A stretch of 32,000 bases of DNA, taken from contig NZ_JBHSTI010000058.1 of assembly GCF_042660085.1 (NCBI RefSeq), positions 1-32,000 of the forward strand, given 5' to 3'. The DNA is from Longivirga aurantiaca. Lineage in GTDB: Bacteria > Actinomycetota > Actinomycetes > S36-B12 > CAIYMF01. Positions 1 through 7,824 of the stretch are shown in pieces. The notes beneath the pieces were generated by a model. It worked only from the letters and a program-made list of their open reading frames with translations. It was not told where the DNA came from and ran no database searches. The first letter of the stretch is position 1; each line of letters starts with the position of its first letter. The position numbers and the translations under genes are program-made.

Positions 1-1
1 G

Positions 2-1483
2 AGCACCGCCGATCTCGCCGCCGCCAGCCGTCTGCGCTCCACGTTCCTCGACGCCGGGTTCACCGCCGACGGGCTGCTCGCCGTCCTGGGCCCGAGCGCG
101 TACGCCGCCCTCGGGCGCGGCGAGCCCGTGCCTGCCCGGCGGATGCTCGCCGGCCGCAGCGGTGCCGACGTCGTGCTCGCGCACCTGTTCGTCCTCGGCG
201 ACGCCGTACCCCGCGAGGCCGTGGCACGGCACCTCCCGCTCGACGACCTCCTCGCCCTCGGGCTCGTCGGCGGGGGAGCCGAGCTCAGGGCAGCCGTGGA
301 CGTCCGGCCGTACGGCGAGCCCGACACCGACTGGTACGTCGTGAGCGACCACGGGCCGGACTCGAGCGGCCACACGGTGCCGGAGGTGGCGGTCGACCAC
401 GTGCTGGGCGTGGGCGGGGCGAGCCTGACCCTCGCGCGCATCACGCCGCGAGCGCAGGTCGACCGCGCCCTCGACCTCGGCACGGGCTGCGGCGTCCAGG
501 CCCTGCACCTCGGGCGGCATGCGCGCGAGATCGTCGCGACCGACCGCAACCGTCGGGCGCTGCGCCTCGCGGCGCTGTCGGCCGCGCTCTCCGGGCAGCA
601 GTGGGACCTGCGCGAGGGGTCGCTGTTCGAGCCGGTCGGCGGCGAGCAGTTCGACCTCGTGGTCTCCAACCCGCCGTTCGTGATCTCGCCCGGGCACCGC
701 TACACGTATCGCGACGCGGGCCTGCCCGCCGACGACCTCGGGCGGCTCCTGGTGCAGCAGGCGCCGTCGCACCTGCGCGACGGCGGCACCGCGGTGGTGC
801 TGGCCAACTGGCTGCATGTGCGCGGTGAGGACTGGCGCGAGCGCGTCGCCACCTGGGTCGAGGGCACCGGGTGCGACGCGTGGGTCGCCCAGCGCGAGGT
901 GCAGGACCCGGCCGAGTACGTCGGGCTCTGGCTGCGCGACGCGGGCGGCGGGGAGGACCGCGCCGAGCACGACCGCCGCTACGGCGAGTGGCTCGACGCG
1001 CTCGCGGACATGGCCGCCGAGGGCATCGGCTTCGGCTGGATCGTGCTGCTCAAGGGGGGCACGTACGGCGCGCAGGGCCCGCGGGTCGAGGACGTGGCGC
1101 ACGCGCCGCGCCTGCCCGACGGCGCCGAGGTGTCGGGCCTCGTGTCTGCGCGCGCGGCGTGGGCGGGCACCGACGCGTTCGCGCTGCTGGAGTCGACGCC
1201 GCGGCGCGTCGAGGGGCTGCGCCTCGTGGAGTCCGACGTGGCGGGGTACGACGGGCGGCTCGGCGCGACGCCGCCGCGGCTCTCGGTGCTGGACGGGTGG
1301 CGGCCCGAGGTCGTCCTCGACTCCGTAGGCGCGCACCTCGTCCGCACCTTCGACGGCGCCACGACCGTGACCGAGGCGGTCGACCGTGCCGCCGTGGTGT
1401 TCGACCTCGACGCCGACGACGTGCTGCCGGGTGCGCTCATCGCCGTACGCGGCCTGGTCGAGGAGGGCTTCCTCCGCCTGTAG
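2..1483 (+). CDS. Class I SAM-dependent methyltransferase (small-MTase / N5-glutamine-MTase-like catalytic domain); 5' end lies outside the window
   Basis: Listed ORF 128..1483 has DLGTGCGV (SAM-binding loop) and VVSNPPF (NPPF catalytic motif). The same frame stays open back to nt 2 (STADLAAASRLRSTFLDAGFTADGLLAVLGPSAYAALGRGEPVPARR, GC-rich third positions), so the GTG at 128 is probably internal. Confidence 0.8.
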   Translation, partial: STADLAAASRLRSTFLDAGFTADGLLAVLGPSAYAALGRGEPVPARRMLAGRSGADVVLAHLFVLGDAVPREAVARHLPLDDLLALGLVGGGAELRAAVDVRPYGEPDTDWYVVSDHGPDSSGHTVPEVAVDHVLGVGGASLTLARITPRAQVDRALDLGTGCGVQALHLGRHAREIVATDRNRRALRLAALSAALSGQQWDLREGSLFEPVGGEQFDLVVSNPPFVISPGHRYTYRDAGLPADDLGRLLVQQAPSHLRDGGTAVVLANWLHVRGEDWRERVATWVEGTGCDAWVAQREVQDPAEYVGLWLRDAGGGEDRAEHDRRYGEWLDALADMAAEGIGFGWIVLLKGGTYGAQGPRVEDVAHAPRLPDGAEVSGLVSARAAWAGTDAFALLESTPRRVEGLRLVESDVAGYDGRLGATPPRLSVLDGWRPEVVLDSVGAHLVRTFDGATTVTEAVDRAAVVFDLDADDVLPGALIAVRGLVEEGFLRL

Positions 1484-1498
1484 CCGCGGTGACGCGGC

Positions 1499-2017
1499 TC
1501 AGGCGCGGCGGGGCTTGGACGCCGTGGGCGCGTGCCCGTGCGCCACGATCTCCGCGGTCTGCGGCGCCGCCACCTCGAGCACCTTGCGCGCGATGCGTCC
1601 GAGCTGGTCGAGCTGCGTCGGGGTCAGCACGTCGACCACGAGCCGCCGGGCCTCGCGCACGTGCGCCGGCGCGCACTCCTTCATCTTCGCGCGGCCGGCG
1701 GGGGTCAGCACGGCCTCGACCGCGCGCGGATCGTCGTCGGCCTGACGGCGGACGACGAAGCCCTGCTTCTCCAGCCGACCTACGGCGTGCGAGAGCCGCG
1801 ACGGCGAGCCGCTCGCGAAGGCGGCGAGCGCGCTCATGCGGATGGCGTGGTCGGGGGCGTCGGACAGCCCGGCCATCACCTGGTACTCGAACGAGTTGAG
1901 CCCTGCGTCGCGCTTCAGCTGCGCGTCGATCGCGGCGGGCAGCGCCTCGAGCAGCACCGAGAGCGCGATCCACGAGCGCAGCTGCTCGGGGGTGAGCCAG
2001 GGGACGTCGTCAGCCAT
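1499..2017 (-). CDS. MarR family transcriptional regulator
   Basis: 172 aa. Winged-helix MarR pattern (FEYQVMAGLSDAPDHAIRMSALAAFASGSPSRLSHAVGRLEKQGFVVRRQADDDPRAVEAVLTPAGR). Divergent from the DoxX gene. Confidence 0.85.
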   Translation of the reverse strand: MADDVPWLTPEQLRSWIALSVLLEALPAAIDAQLKRDAGLNSFEYQVMAGLSDAPDHAIRMSALAAFASGSPSRLSHAVGRLEKQGFVVRRQADDDPRAVEAVLTPAGRAKMKECAPAHVREARRLVVDVLTPTQLDQLGRIARKVLEVAAPQTAEIVAHGHAPTASKPRRA

Positions 2018-2043
2018 GGGCGAAGGTTAGCGGAGAGTGATAC

Positions 2044-2092
2044 TTGAACATTCAACTCAAAGGGGTTACGGTGATTTCAGTTGAACATTCAA
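2044..2092. promoter_or_regulatory. Two copies of the 12-bp inverted-repeat box TTGAACATTCAA (2044-2055 and 2081-2092); candidate MarR operators in the divergent promoter region
   Basis: Read directly from the sequence: TTGAA-CA-TTCAA occurs twice, 37 bp apart, in the AT-rich 88-bp spacer between the MarR gene (start 2017, minus) and the DoxX gene (start 2106, plus). Confidence 0.5.
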
Positions 2093-2105
2093 TACAGGAG
2101 CTGAC

Positions 2106-2480
2106 ATGAACATCGCACTCTGGATCGTCGCCGGGATCGCTGCTGCGGCCTTCCTCGCCGCCGGCCTCATGAAGATCACCGGCAAGCGCGAGCAGCTGCT
2201 CGAGCGCATGGCCTGGGTCGCCGACTACTCGCAGACGCAGGTCAAGGTGATCGGCGTCGTCGAGGTGCTCGGCGCGCTCGGCCTGATCCTGCCGGCCGTC
2301 ACGGGCATCGCACCGATCCTGGTGCCGGTCGCGGCGACCGGTCTCGTCATCGTGATGGTGCTCGCGGCAGCCATGCACCTGCGCCGCGGCGACGGCTTCG
2401 CCGCAGTCGTCCCCAACATCGTGCTGGGCCTCATGGCCGCCTTCGTGGCCTGGGGCCGCTTCGGCGCCTACGCGTTCTGA
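2106..2480 (+). CDS. DoxX family membrane protein
   Basis: 124 aa, four predicted TM helices. The sequence is typical of DoxX-like proteins, and the gene sits in the usual divergent MarR-DoxX arrangement. Confidence 0.75.
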   Translation: MNIALWIVAGIAAAAFLAAGLMKITGKREQLLERMAWVADYSQTQVKVIGVVEVLGALGLILPAVTGIAPILVPVAATGLVIVMVLAAAMHLRRGDGFAAVVPNIVLGLMAAFVAWGRFGAYAF

Positions 2481-2491
2481 TCGCGACGGAC

Positions 2492-2533
2492 GCATGACGG
2501 AGGCCCCCGCCGAGGCGGGGGCCTCCGTCATGC
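2492..2533. terminator. Bidirectional intrinsic-terminator-like hairpin (19-bp perfect stem, 4-nt loop)
   Basis: GCATGACGGAGGCCCCCGC-cgag-GCGGGGGCCTCCGTCATGC lies between the convergent DoxX gene (stop 2480) and the GS-like gene (stop 2536). Confidence 0.6.
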
Positions 2534-2535
2534 GG

Positions 2536-3879
2536 CTACAGGTGGTAGGCGTACTCGCGGAACTCCCAGTCGGTGACGAACCGCGAGAAGCGCTCGACCT
2601 CGTTGCGCTTGTACGTCAGGAACGAGTTCACGAAGAACTCGCCGAGCACCTCGGCCAGCGCGGTGTCGGCCTCGAGCGCGTCGAGCGCCTCGGGCAGCGA
2701 CTGCGGCAGCATCGGTGCGCTCTCGGGGTCGTAGCCGTAGCCCTCGAGCGGCGCGGCGGGCTCGAGCGTGTCGCGCACGCCGAGGTAGATCGCCGCGCTG
2801 ACGGCGGCCATGGCGAGGTACGGGTTCGCCGTCGCGTCGCCGAGGCGCACCTCCATGCGGGCAGCACCCCCGCGCTCCGGCGGGATGCGGACCATCGCGC
2901 TGCGGTTGTCCAGGCCCCAGTCGATGAGCCAGGGGGCGAGGGTGTCGGGCCCGAACCGCTTGTACGAGTTGATGGTCGGGTTGAGGATCGCGGCGAGCGC
3001 CGGGGCGTGCGCGAGGACGCCGGCGATGGCGGCGCGACCGGTGGCCGAGAGACCGTCCACGCCGGCGGGGTCGCCGAACACGTTCGTGCCGTCGGCGTCG
3101 ACGAGCGAGATGTGCAGGTGGAAGCCGCTGCCGCCCTCCTCGTTGAACGGCTTCGCCATGAACGTCGCGAGCATGCCCTCGTGCCGAGCGATCTCCTGCA
3201 CAGCCGACTTCATGCGGAACGCGCGGTCCGCGGCGTCGAGCAGGTCGGAGTGGTTGAGGTTGATCTCGAACTGGCCGGGCGAGAACTCGTGGTTGGCCGC
3301 CGTCACCTGCAGCGAGGCGTCGCGCATGTTGCGCAGCATCGTGAGGAGCATGCCGCGGGGGTCGCCCTTGCGGCCGACGACGTACACGTTGCCGGGCTGG
3401 TCGGCGTACCGGCTCCAGCCCGTCGGGCTCGAGGAGTCGGGCTCGAGGAGGTAGAACTCGAGCTCCGGGCCGATCACCGCGCTGACGCCGAGCTCGCTCA
3501 GCTTGGCCGAGACGCGGCGGGCGACCTCGCGGGGCGACTCCTCGGCTGCGAGGCCGCCGAGGACGCTGGTGTCGGCGAGGCACCACGCGGCGCCCGGCTC
3601 CCACGGCAGGTTCGTGAGCGTGGTGAGGTCGGGGCGCGCGCTGATGTCGGGCAGGCCGCTCTCGATGCCGCCCTGCACCGGGACGACGTCGCCCATCGGG
3701 GTCGTGTGGTAGACCGCGCGGCAGAACGCGATGCCGTGGCCCATGACGCTCTGGAGCTCGTCGATGAGCACGTCGCGGCCGCGGTCGACACCGATGAGGT
3801 CCGGGTACGACACGCGGATCACGTCGATGCCCTTGGCGCGCAGGTCCTCGACCAGCGAGCTCACGTCAACCTGGTCCAT
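2536..3879 (-). CDS. Glutamine synthetase family protein (GlnA-like gamma-glutamyl-amine ligase class)
   Basis: Only the C-terminal 447 aa of listed ORF 2536..5082 look like a real protein. They begin MDQVDVSSLVEDLRAKGIDVIRVSYPDLIGV at the ATG ending at 3879. GS catalytic-domain motifs are present (NHEFSPGQFEINL, GSGFHLHISL, NSYKRF, DNRSAMVRIP). The upstream part of the ORF is antisense to the GATase and MarR genes. Confidence 0.85.
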   Translation of the reverse strand: MDQVDVSSLVEDLRAKGIDVIRVSYPDLIGVDRGRDVLIDELQSVMGHGIAFCRAVYHTTPMGDVVPVQGGIESGLPDISARPDLTTLTNLPWEPGAAWCLADTSVLGGLAAEESPREVARRVSAKLSELGVSAVIGPELEFYLLEPDSSSPTGWSRYADQPGNVYVVGRKGDPRGMLLTMLRNMRDASLQVTAANHEFSPGQFEINLNHSDLLDAADRAFRMKSAVQEIARHEGMLATFMAKPFNEEGGSGFHLHISLVDADGTNVFGDPAGVDGLSATGRAAIAGVLAHAPALAAILNPTINSYKRFGPDTLAPWLIDWGLDNRSAMVRIPPERGGAARMEVRLGDATANPYLAMAAVSAAIYLGVRDTLEPAAPLEGYGYDPESAPMLPQSLPEALDALEADTALAEVLGEFFVNSFLTYKRNEVERFSRFVTDWEFREYAYHL

Positions 3880-3914
3880 GCGGGGCTCTCCTGGTCTCGA
3901 GCGACGGGAACAGT

Positions 3915-3931
3915 CGTTCGGATGCGAACGA
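3915..3931. promoter_or_regulatory. Operator-like palindrome, site a1: CGTTCGGATGCGAACGA
   Basis: 7 of 8 palindromic pairs. Lies in the divergent spacer between the GS-like gene (start 3879) and the GATase gene (start 4049). Member of the six-site motif family. Confidence 0.5.
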
Positions 3932-4019
3932 TGGGGGAACGATAGTGGGAGCGATGCCCCGTGGGAAGAGGCTCGCGCAAACTCGCCCGCGCCCTTGCGG
4001 CACCGGGGGTCGGGCCATA

Positions 4020-4036
4020 TGTTCGGGCCCGAACGA
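4020..4036. promoter_or_regulatory. Operator-like palindrome, site a2: TGTTCGGGCCCGAACGA (core GTTCGGGCCCGAAC is a perfect 14-bp palindrome)
   Basis: Read directly from the sequence. It sits 13 nt upstream of the GTG at 4049 and overlaps the alternative ATG at 4019. Confidence 0.5.
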
Positions 4037-4048
4037 GAGGAGCCGCCC

Positions 4049-4762
4049 GTGCGCGCGCTGTTCATCCAGCAGGACCACGTCTCGCCCGTCGGGCCCGTGG
4101 GCGACCAGCTCGAGGCGCGCGGGTACGCCATCGAGGAGTTCGTCGTCGTCCCCGAGGACAGGTTCCACGAGCCCAATGTGGCAGCGGTGTTCCCGGACCC
4201 GCGCGACTTCGACGTGATCGTGCCGATGGGCGCCCCCTGGTCGGTGTACGACGAGCCCACGATCGGGGCCTGGATCCTCGAGGAGCTGACCTTCCTCCGG
4301 ACGGCGCACCAGGCGGGCGTGCCCGTGCTCGGCATCTGCTTCGGCGGCCAGGCGCTCGCGAGCGCGCTCGGCGGTGGCGTGGAGCGCGCGCCTGAGGCCG
4401 AGGTCGGCTGGTACGAGGTCGACAGCGCCGACCCGGCGCTGGTCGAGCCGGGGCCGTGGTTCCAGTGGCACCACGACCGGTGGATCTCGCCACCCGGATC
4501 GGAGGTCCTCGCGCGGACGCCGCGGGCCGAGCAGGCCTTCACCATCGGGCGCAGCATGGGCGTGCAGTTCCACCCCGAGCTCACGCCGTCCTCGCTCCAG
4601 GGGTGGTTCGACAACGGTGGGGCTGCGTACCTCGAGGCGCACGGCGAGGACGCCGACGCCCTCATGACGCGCACGGTGGCGACCGCGGCCGACGCGCAGG
4701 CCCGCAGCCGCCGGCTCGTGGACCGCTTCCTCGACCGGGTCGCCTCGCGGCCAGTGGGCTGA
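4049..4762 (+). CDS. Class I glutamine amidotransferase-like protein (GuaA/GATase1-type)
   Basis: Catalytic triad context VLGICFGGQALA (Cys) and GVQFHPE (His-Glu). The start is taken at GTG 4049, preceded by GAGAGGAG. An in-frame ATG at 4019 is possible. The listed ORF start at 3731 overlaps the GS-like gene and is rejected. Confidence 0.8.
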   Translation: MRALFIQQDHVSPVGPVGDQLEARGYAIEEFVVVPEDRFHEPNVAAVFPDPRDFDVIVPMGAPWSVYDEPTIGAWILEELTFLRTAHQAGVPVLGICFGGQALASALGGGVERAPEAEVGWYEVDSADPALVEPGPWFQWHHDRWISPPGSEVLARTPRAEQAFTIGRSMGVQFHPELTPSSLQGWFDNGGAAYLEAHGEDADALMTRTVATAADAQARSRRLVDRFLDRVASRPVG

Positions 4763-4768
4763 GCCGGG

Positions 4769-4797
4769 CGTGCGGACCCGAACGACTCTCGTAGACT
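4769..4797 (+). promoter_or_regulatory. Motif site b (CGTGCGGACCCGAACGA, 4769-4785) abutting a -10-like TAGACT (4792-4797), 7 nt before GTG 4805; candidate leaderless, autoregulated MarR promoter
   Basis: TAGACT fits the actinobacterial TANNNT -10 pattern. There is no Shine-Dalgarno sequence, and the 7-nt gap to the start codon is typical of leaderless transcripts. Confidence 0.4.
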
Positions 4798-4804
4798 CCG
4801 CTGC

Positions 4805-5479
4805 GTGGCTGCCGTGAGCTCGTCGGACAAGGCTGGGTCGCGGGCCGCCTCGGGCGCGCGCCGCGTCGCCGCGCACGTCGTCCACCCGGACGACTGCGAC
4901 CCGAGCACCTGCCCCTGCGACGACGCGGAGTGCTCGTTGAGCAAGTACGTGCGGGCCACGAATGCGGCGGCCGACCCCAGCCCCACCGGCGAGCACACGC
5001 TCGAGGCCACCGAGCAGGCGGTCGCCGAGCGGCTCAAGGGCCTCGAGGTCGACATGGGCGCGATGGCCGCCGTCTCGAACATCTACCGGGCCGCGAACGC
5101 CGTCCGCAACCACCTCGAGCGCACGGTGCTCGCCCCGCACGAGCTCACCTGGACCGGCTGGGTCGTGCTCTGGGTCGTGTGGATCTGGGGCGACATCGAG
5201 AGCCGGCACGTCGCCGCCGAGGCGGGCATCTCCAAGGGCACGCTGACCGGCGTCCAGAACACCCTCATCGCACGCGGGCTCGTGAAGCGGCGGGTGCACC
5301 CCGACGACGCGCGCCGCGTGCTGCTCTCGCTCTCGCCCAAGGGCCAGCGCCTGATGTCCGAGGTGTTCCCGAAGTTCAACGCCGAGGAGGCGTTCGTCTC
5401 GAGCCAGCTCGACGCCGCCGCCAAGCTCGCCATGGCCCGCTCCCTGCGCACCGTCGTCAAGCAGGCCGAGAACGCCTGA
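4805..5479 (+). CDS. MarR family transcriptional regulator with a roughly 60-aa N-terminal Cys/His-rich extension
   Basis: The C-terminal 150 aa are MarR-like (ESRHVAAEAGISKGTLTGVQNTLIARGLVKRRVHPDDARRVLLSLSPKGQRL). The N-terminal extension has near-uniform GC third positions, so it is very probably translated. Confidence 0.75.
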   Translation: MAAVSSSDKAGSRAASGARRVAAHVVHPDDCDPSTCPCDDAECSLSKYVRATNAAADPSPTGEHTLEATEQAVAERLKGLEVDMGAMAAVSNIYRAANAVRNHLERTVLAPHELTWTGWVVLWVVWIWGDIESRHVAAEAGISKGTLTGVQNTLIARGLVKRRVHPDDARRVLLSLSPKGQRLMSEVFPKFNAEEAFVSSQLDAAAKLAMARSLRTVVKQAENA

Positions 5480-5493
5480 CTCGCTCTGTGTGC

Positions 5494-5547
5494 GATGAAG
5501 GCGACCTTCATCCAATAGAGCCGAACAATTCCGGCCATCACGGCCGG
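5494..5547. terminator. Two small hairpins between convergent genes (GATGAAGG-cga-CCTTCATC and CCGGCC-atcac-GGCCGG)
   Basis: Read directly from the sequence, between the MarR stop (5479) and the PuuD-like stop (5551). Confidence 0.35.
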
Positions 5548-5550
5548 TGG

Positions 5551-6255
5551 TCAGCGGGCGGCGTCGACGAGGGCGCGGAAGAGGGCCAGCTGCGCGGGGT
5601 CGGTGCCGTACGTGTCCTCGGGGTGCCACTGGACGGCGAGGAACCAGCCCTTCGCGTCCGGGAGCACCGCACCCTCGACCGTGCCGTCGGCCGCGTGCGC
5701 CACGGGCACGAGGCCGTCTGCCAGGCGGCTGACCCGCTGGTGGTGGTAGCACGACGCAGCGACGGTCGGCCCGACGACGTCGGCGAGCACGCTGCCGGCG
5801 TCGACCGACACCTCGTGCACCACGTGCCGGTGCGGCTCGGCCATGTGCTGCTCGAGCTCGCCGCCGAGCGCGACGTTCACTACCTGCCATCCGCGGCAGA
5901 CCGCGAGCAGCGGCGTACCCGACTCGACCGCCCATCGCGCCACCGCGAGGTCGAAGGCGTCCTGCTCGACGTCGACGTCGTACACGTCGTCGCTCTGGAT
6001 CTCCTGCCCGTACGTCGACGGGTCGAGGTCGCCGCCGCCCGGGAGGAGCACGGCGTCCACGAACGACAGCCGCCGCGCGACGTCGTCCGCGCTCACCACG
6101 CCGTCCGGCGCCCAGGGGTGGATCGTCACGGGCTCGCCGCCGGCCAGCAGCACGGCCTCGGACAGCGCACGCGCGTTGGTGATCGCGCGGTGGCGGTGCG
6201 CGGACGCCGAGGACGAGAACCGAGCAGGGATCGCGACGATCGGTGTCCGCGACAT
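5551..6255 (-). CDS. Gamma-glutamyl-gamma-aminobutyrate hydrolase family protein (PuuD-like, peptidase C26 / GATase1 fold)
   Basis: LLAVCRGWQVVNVALGG (nucleophile Cys) and AVQWHPE. The start is chosen at the ATG ending at 6255 (MSRTPIVAIPARF) because GGAGG lies 9 nt upstream. The listed start at 6282 is an alternative. Confidence 0.8.
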   Translation of the reverse strand: MSRTPIVAIPARFSSSASAHRHRAITNARALSEAVLLAGGEPVTIHPWAPDGVVSADDVARRLSFVDAVLLPGGGDLDPSTYGQEIQSDDVYDVDVEQDAFDLAVARWAVESGTPLLAVCRGWQVVNVALGGELEQHMAEPHRHVVHEVSVDAGSVLADVVGPTVAASCYHHQRVSRLADGLVPVAHAADGTVEGAVLPDAKGWFLAVQWHPEDTYGTDPAQLALFRALVDAAR

Positions 6256-6283
6256 CTCTTGACGCCTCCGCAGCCGGGCCATA

Positions 6284-6300
6284 CGTTTGTGTCCGAACGA
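6284..6300. promoter_or_regulatory. Operator-like motif, site c: CGTTTGTGTCCGAACGA
   Basis: Lies in the 95-bp divergent spacer between the PuuD-like gene (start 6255) and the hpaE-like gene (start 6351). The right half is identical to the other sites and the left half is degenerate. Confidence 0.4.
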
Positions 6301-6350
6301 TAGCCCGGACCGGCTCGCTCGACCACCCCATCCTCGCGGAGGCCCGCTCC

Positions 6351-7823
6351 ATGACCAAGGCAGTCGTCGCCGGCGTCGAGATCGACACCCGGCACTGGAT
6401 CGGTGGCGAGCGCGTCGCGAGCGCGACGACGTTCGAGGACGTCTCGCCGCTCGACGGAACGGTCATCGCCGAGGTGAGCCGGGGAGGCCAGGCCGAGGTC
6501 GACGCCGCGGTCGCCGCGGCCAAGGCCGCGTTCCCCGCCTGGGCCGCGCTTCCGGTCGCGGAGCGCTCGGCCATCCTGCTGAAGGTCGCCGAGGGCATCG
6601 AGGCGCACATCGAGGACCTCGCGCAGGTCGAGACGCGCGACAACGGCTCGCTGCTGCGCTCGCACCGCCGCGGCGTCATGCCGCGCGTCGCGATGAACAT
6701 CCGCTTCTTCGCCGAGTACGCCATGACGGAGCTCGGCCACCCCGACTTCGACACCCGCGGCCACCGCAACCACGTGAGCTGGGACCCGGCCGGCGTCACC
6801 GCGATCGTCACCCCGTGGAACGCGCCGCTGATGCTCGCCACCTGGCGCATCGGCCCCGCGCTCGCGGCGGGCAACACCGTGGTGGCCAAGCCCCCGGAGT
6901 GGGCGCCGCTGACCGCGTCGCTCTTCGCCGACATCGCGCACGAGGCCGGGCTCCCCGCCGGCGTCTTCAACGTGGTGCAGGGGCTCGGTACGGAGGCAGG
7001 TGCGCCGCTCGTCGCGCATCCCGACGTACGCCGGGTCTGCTTCACCGGATCGGTGCCGACGTCGATCAAGATCGGCGAGTCGGCGGCGCGCAACGTGACG
7101 CCGGTGAGCTTCGAGCTCGGCGGCAAGTCGCCGCTGCTGGTCTTCGACGACGCCGACCTCGACCTCGCGGTCGATCTCGCGGTGGAGCAGTTCGACAACT
7201 CCGGCCAGGTCTGCCTCGCCGCCGTCCGCCTCCTCGTGCAGGACGGCATCTATGACGAGTTCCGCACGCGGTTCCTCGAGCGCGCTGCGCAGGTGACGCA
7301 GGGCGACAGCCGCGAGGAGTCGTCCGACATCGGTCCGCTGGTGAGCCGGACGCACTTCGAGCGCGTCGACGGCTTCGTGAAGCGCGCGGTCGCCGACGGC
7401 GCCCAGGTGATCCTCGGCGGCGAGCCGAACCACGAGCTCAACAATGCGACCGGCGGATTCTTCTACAAGCCGACGGTGTTCGAGGGCGTGGACAGCTCGA
7501 TGGAGATCACCTGCCAGGAGGTCTTCGGCCCGGTGCTGACGCTGCAGCGGTTCTCCACGGAGGAGGACGGAGTACGCATGGCCAACGACACCGAGTTCGG
7601 CCTCGCGGCCACGCTCGTGACGGGAAGCCAGGAGCGTGCCGAGCGAGTGTCGTCCCGGCTGCGGGCAGGCACGGTGTGGATCAACTGCTTCTTCGTCCGC
7701 GACCTCTCCGCCCCGTTCGGCGGCAGCGGCCGGTCGGGGATCGGTCGCGAGGGCGGCATCTGGTCGTTCGACTTCTACTGCGACGTCAAGAACTCCGTGT
7801 TCGCCCCGAAGGGATGGAACTGA
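6351..7823 (+). CDS. hpaE: NAD-dependent aldehyde dehydrogenase, 5-carboxymethyl-2-hydroxymuconate semialdehyde dehydrogenase-like
   Basis: 490 aa starting at MTKAVVAG, with GGAGG 9 nt upstream. ALDH motifs FELGGKSP and the catalytic Cys context GQVCLA are present. The C-terminus VRDLSAPFGGSGRSGIGREGGIWSFDFYCDVKNSVF resembles, from memory, E. coli HpaE. The gene lies immediately upstream of hpaD-like and hpaG-like genes. Confidence 0.8.
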   Translation: MTKAVVAGVEIDTRHWIGGERVASATTFEDVSPLDGTVIAEVSRGGQAEVDAAVAAAKAAFPAWAALPVAERSAILLKVAEGIEAHIEDLAQVETRDNGSLLRSHRRGVMPRVAMNIRFFAEYAMTELGHPDFDTRGHRNHVSWDPAGVTAIVTPWNAPLMLATWRIGPALAAGNTVVAKPPEWAPLTASLFADIAHEAGLPAGVFNVVQGLGTEAGAPLVAHPDVRRVCFTGSVPTSIKIGESAARNVTPVSFELGGKSPLLVFDDADLDLAVDLAVEQFDNSGQVCLAAVRLLVQDGIYDEFRTRFLERAAQVTQGDSREESSDIGPLVSRTHFERVDGFVKRAVADGAQVILGGEPNHELNNATGGFFYKPTVFEGVDSSMEITCQEVFGPVLTLQRFSTEEDGVRMANDTEFGLAATLVTGSQERAERVSSRLRAGTVWINCFFVRDLSAPFGGSGRSGIGREGGIWSFDFYCDVKNSVFAPKGWN

Positions 7824-7824
7824 C

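Noticed and set aside
2536-5082. The listed 848-aa ORF read as one large GS-fusion protein.
   Set aside because: Only the last 447 aa are GS-like. The upstream 400 aa are Ser/Ala/Arg-rich junk, antisense to the GATase and MarR genes. A good ATG at 3879 gives a normal-length GS-family protein.
3866-7249. A 1127-aa minus-strand ORF, and similar very long ORFs: 15420..18683 (+), 17653..19968 (-), 13135..15147 (-) and 871..1899 (+).
   Set aside because: Their translations are low-complexity Arg/Ala/Pro/Gly strings with no motifs. They lie antisense or out of frame to genes with clear family signatures (GATase, MarR, PuuD-like, ALDH, DabBA, APC permease). Long spurious ORFs are expected in DNA this GC-rich because stop codons are rare.
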